A DNA stretch of 64,000 bases, taken from NCBI GenBank assembly GCA_038087875.1, contig CM075987.1, positions 28,398,001-28,462,000 on the forward strand, read 5' to 3'. The first letter of the stretch is position 1, and every line of letters begins with the position of its first letter. Origin of the DNA: Malacoraja senta (lineage: Eukaryota). Made by a program: the position numbers and the translations under genes. The notes beneath the pieces were generated by a model. The model did no database searches. It was not told where the DNA came from and was given only the letters and a program-made list of their open reading frames with translations. Below are positions 59,791 to 64,000 of the stretch, in pieces.

Positions 59791-60060
59791 TGTTGTCTAC
59801 AGTAAAATCTCCGTTACTTGTGTGAACAATGTTTCCGTTTTCCTGCACATCACACACATACAGCTTCCCATCCTCCACTGTAACGTGTGGAACCATCAGA
59901 TAGAACGTGTTATCCAGGCGGATCTGATCAGTGTTGCTCCTGTTCTGCTGGGATGAGTCCATGGGTCTCCAGTGAAGACTGACGGCATCTGAGAGTCTGG
60001 AGATGGCGCAGTTGAGTGTGACGTCACTGCCCAGCAGAGGGATCTGTGGACTTGCCTCAA
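59791..60060 (-). pseudogene. Ig C2-like exon A
   Basis: VEASPQIPLLGSDVTLNCAISRLSDAVSLHW...DGKLYVCDVQENG; 270 nt, phase 1 to 1, canonical splice sites. Confidence 0.85.
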
Positions 60061-60212
60061 CTGTGAAAAACAGATCAATGAGATTCAGAGTGAGTAGTGG
60101 TTTGTACAAGTCAAGTCCCAGATAGGACAAGGACATTCTTGCTTGCTGCAGCACAACAGAATATTGTAGGCATAAATACAGAACAGATCAGTGTGTCCAT
60201 GTACCATAGAAT

Positions 60213-63200
60213 GTGACCTGTACAAAAAGGATGGGTTGCACTTGAACCCGAGGGGGACCAATATCCTGGCAGGGAGATTTGCAAAGGCTACTGCGGAGAC
60301 TTTAAACTAGAAAGGTTGGAGGGAGGGACTCAAATAGAGAAAGTTAGTAGACAGTGTGTGAGGCAGGAGGCAGAGAAGGGAAGCACTCAGACCCAACATG
60401 TAGAGGGGAAAGAAGAACAAAATAATAAACAGAGAATAAGAGGTGGTGGGTTTCTTAAATGTGTGAGCAGAGAGACAGAGGGGTGTAAAATGAGGGTAGA
60501 CGCAATAGGTAGCAAGGTGAAAAGTAAAAGTGGCAGGCAGACAAATCCAGGGCAAAAATCAAAAAGGGCCACTTTTCGACATAATTGTAAGAGCGTTGTA
60601 AAAACAAGCCTGAAGGCTTTGTGTCTCAATGCAAGGAGCATTCGTAATAAGGTAGATGCGTTGAATGTGCAGATAGCTATTAATGATTATGATATAGTTG
60701 GGATCATGGAGACATGGCTCCAGGGTGACCAAGGCTGGGAGCTGAACATCCAGGGATATTCAATATTCAGGAGGGATAGACAGAAAGGAAAAGGAGGTGG
60801 GGTAGCGTTGCTGGTTGGAGAGGAGATTAACGCAATAGAAATGAAGGACATTAGCTTGGAGGATGTGGAATCGATATGGGTAAATCTACGAAACACTAAG
60901 GGGCAGAAAACACTAGTGGGTGTTGTGTACAGGCCACCTAACAGTAGTAGTGGAGTTGGGGATGGCATCAAACAGGAAATTAGAAATGCGTGCAACAAAG
61001 GTAAAACAGTTATAATGGGTGACTTCAATCTACATATAGATTGGGTGAATCAAATTGGCAGGGGGGCTGAGGAAGAGGATTTCTTGGAATGTATGTGGGA
61101 TAGTTTTCTAAACCAACATGTAATATAATAATAGATTTATTTTTATATAGCGCTTTTCAGGACTCAAAGTCGCTTTACAATTGAGTCAGGAATAAACAAA
61201 ACAAAATAGAGCAGTAAGACAGAGGGGAGGGGAACATGGGACTAAGGGTATGCAGAGGTGAAGAGATGGGTCTTGAGGCGGGACTGGAAGATGGTGAGGG
61301 ACTCAGAATTTCGGACCGGTTGTGGGAGGGAATTCCAGAGCCTGGGAGCTGCCCTGGAGAAGGCTCTGCCTCCAAAAGTGCAGAGGTTTGATTTCGGAGT
61401 GGAGAGGAGACCAGCTGATGTGGATCTGAGGGACCGTGAGGGTTGGTAGGGGGAGAGGAGGTCAATGAGATAAGGGAGGGCCAGGTTGTTGAGGGCTTTG
61501 TAGGTGAGGACCAGGATTTTGTAGGTGATCCGGTGGGAAATGGGAAGCCAGTGAAGTTCTTTGAGAACTGGGGTGATGTGGTGCCAGGATTTGGTGTGGG
61601 TGATGAGTCGAGCGGCTGTATTTTGGACCAGTTGGAGTCGTTTGATGCTGTTGGAATTGATTCCGAAAAGAAGAGAGTTTCAGTAGTCCAGTCGGGAGGA
61701 GATGAAGGCATGGATGAGTCTTTCAGCAGCGGGGGGTGTGAGAGACGATCTGATTTTTGCAATGTTGCTGAGGTGAAAAAATGATGTTTTGACAACATGG
61801 CAGATGTGAGGCTCAAGGGAGAGGGTTGAGTCAAGGATCACGCCAAGGTTGCGTGCCTGAGGAGATGGGGAGACAGTGGTGCCGTCGATAGTGAGAGTGG
61901 GGTTGTTAATTTTAGTGAGTGTTGATTTGGAGCCAATGAGGAGAAATTCTGTTTTGCTACTGTTTAATTTAAGGAAGTTGAGTTGTATCCAAGATTTGAT
62001 GGCTGATAGGCAGGAGTTGATATGGGAGAGAGGGGGGTGGTGGGGGGACTTGGTGCTGAGATAGATCTGGGTGTCATCAGCATAGCAGTGGAAGTCCAGG
62101 TTGAAGTGACGGAGTATATGACCAAGGGGGAGGATGTAGATGATGAAGAGGAGGGGACCAAGAACGGAGCCTTGGGGAACGCCTTGAGTGACAGTGGCTG
62201 TGGCAGAGGTGTGGTTATGGAGAGAGATGAAGTGGGATCGGTTGGAAAGGTAAGAACGGAACCAGCTGAGTGCAGAACCTTCAATGCCAAGGTCCCTAAG
62301 TCTGGTGAGCAGGATGTTGTGGTTGACGGTATCGAAGGCTGCACTCAGGTCGAGGAGGATGAGGATATTGAGGGAGCCAGAGTCAGCAGAGGTAAGGAGG
62401 TCATTGAGGACTTTGAGGAGAGCAGTTTCTGTGCTATGGAGGGGGCGAAAGCCAGATTGGAGGGGTTCGAATAGGTTATACGCGAGGAGGTGGGAATGAA
62501 GTTGTGACACGACGATGCGCTCCAGGGTTTTTGAAAGAAAGGGGAGGTTTGAGATGGGGCGGTAGTTAATGAGAGAGGAGGGATCAAGACCAGGTTTCTT
62601 TAAGATTGGTGTGACAGCAGCAGTTTTGAAAGCAGAGGGGACAATTCCTTGGAACAATGAGGAGTTGAAAAGATTAGTGAGGTAGGGGCAGAGAGCAGGG
62701 AGGCAGGACTTCAGCAGGGGAGTGGGGAGAGGGTCAAGGGAGCAGGTAGTGGGTTTGGAAGAGCTGATGAGTTTGGAAATTTCTGTAGGGGTGACTGGGT
62801 CAAACTGGGAGAGGAAGCAGTGAGGGGGAGGGGTATGGAGATCAGCGGAGATGTTGAAAGGAGATGTTGAAAGATGTTGAAAGAGGAACCAATGAGAGAA
62901 CAGGCTATTCTAGACTGGGTATTGAGTAATGAGGAAAGGTTGGTTAGCAGTCTTGTTGTGCGTGGCCCTTGGGCAAGAGTGACCATAATATGGTTGAGTT
63001 CTTCATTAGGATGGAGAGTGACATTGTTAATTCAGAAACAAGGGTTCTGAACTTAAAGAAAGGTAACTTTGAAGGTATGAGACGTGAATTGGCCAAGATT
63101 GACTGGCAATTGATTCTTAAAGGGTTGACGGTGGATATGCAATGGAAGGCATTTAAAGACTGCATGGATGAACTACAACAATTGTTCATCCCAGTTTGGC

Positions 63201-64000
63201 AAAAAAAAAATCAGGGAAGGTAGTGCATCTGTGGATAACAAAGGAAATCAGGGATAGTATCAAAACGAAAGATGAAGCGTACAAATTAGCCAGAAAAAAG
63301 CAGCCTACCAGAGGACTGGGAGAAATTCAGAGTCCAGCAGAGGAGGACAAAGGGCTTAATTAGGAAAGGGAAAATAGATTATGAAAGAAAACTGGCAGGG
63401 AACATAAAAACTGACTGCAAACGTTTTTATAGATATATGAAGAGAAAGAGATTAGTTAAAACAAATGTAGGTCCCTTGCAGTCAGAAACAGGTGAATTGA
63501 TCATGGGAAACAAAGACATGGCAGACCAATTGAATAACTACTTTGGTTCTGTCTTCACTAAGGAAGACATAAATAATCTGCCGGAAATAGCAGGGGACCG
63601 TGGGTCAAATGAGATGGAGGAACTGAGTGAAATCCAGGTTAGCCGGGAAATGGTGTTAGGTAAATTGAATGGATTAAAGGCCGATAAATCCCCAGGGCCA
63701 GATAGGCTGCATCCCAGAGTACTTAAGGAAGTAGCCCCAGAAATAGTGGATGCATTAGTGATAATTTTTCAAAACTACTTAGATTCTGGAGTAGTTCCTG
63801 AGGATTGGAGGGTAGCTAATGTAACCCCACTTTTTAAAAAGGGAGGGAGAGAGAAAACGGGGAATTATAGACCAGTTAGTCTTACATCGGTAGTGGGGAA
63901 ACTGCTAGAGTCAGTTATTAAAGATGGGATAGCAGCACATTTGGAAAATGGTGAAATCTTTGGACAAAGTCAGCATGGATTTATGAAAGGTAAATCATGT
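60213..64000 (+). mobile_element. Young CR1 (same subfamily as 29061-32690) interrupted by L2; runs off the window
   Basis: Near-identical ORF1 end, endonuclease and tether sequence. Split between ...AACCAACATGTA and GAGGAACCA... Confidence 0.92.
61123..62882 (-). mobile_element. L2 LINE 3' portion with nearly intact RT
   Basis: 325-aa ORF with [34 protein letters not shown] and YADDTQIY. Confidence 0.92.

Larger units (their letters stand above)
55720..60060 (-). pseudogene. Multi-Ig-domain receptor pseudogene, CD4/LAG-3-like V/C2 alternation (5 exons)
   Basis: Phase-1 single-domain exons at 59791-60060 (C2), 58083-58742 (V, interrupted), 57744-58004 (C2, stop), 56686-57030 (V-like, no canonical Cys) and ~55720-55931 (C2, truncated). 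Multiple inactivating lesions are present. Confidence 0.8.

Noticed and set aside
55720..60060. Naming the Ig gene CD4 or LAG3
   Set aside because: More than one module, no transmembrane exon, CxC or EP tail seen, unexpected neighbourhood and inactivating lesions; only family-level resemblance is supportable.

Overview
Repeat-rich vertebrate genomic DNA, most likely a cartilaginous fish (skate/ray). This is inferred from the CR1/HER1-type LINEs, HE1-like V-SINEs and Penelope-derived repeats. Three gene loci lie on the minus strand. (1) PHPT1 exons 1-2 at 2.6-3.6 kb; exon 3 was not found in the window. (2) TTC16, with 10 phase-consistent coding exons at 18.9-39.6 kb and a tandem array of ten RFX X-box motifs at its putative promoter (~41 kb). 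(3) A decayed multi-Ig-domain receptor with CD4/LAG-3-like V/C2 alternation at 55.7-60.1 kb, plus a detached ITIM-bearing terminal exon at ~50.1 kb. The rest is nested CR1, L2, Rex1/Babar and Penelope-like retroelement fragments, a full-length but inactivated Passport-like Tc1, a degenerate 18S rRNA fragment, many minisatellites and a 200-N assembly gap. Short Penelope-derived insertions with target-site duplications carry a minimal hammerhead-ribozyme-like core. All identifications come from reading the sequence and recalled family knowledge; no database search was run.
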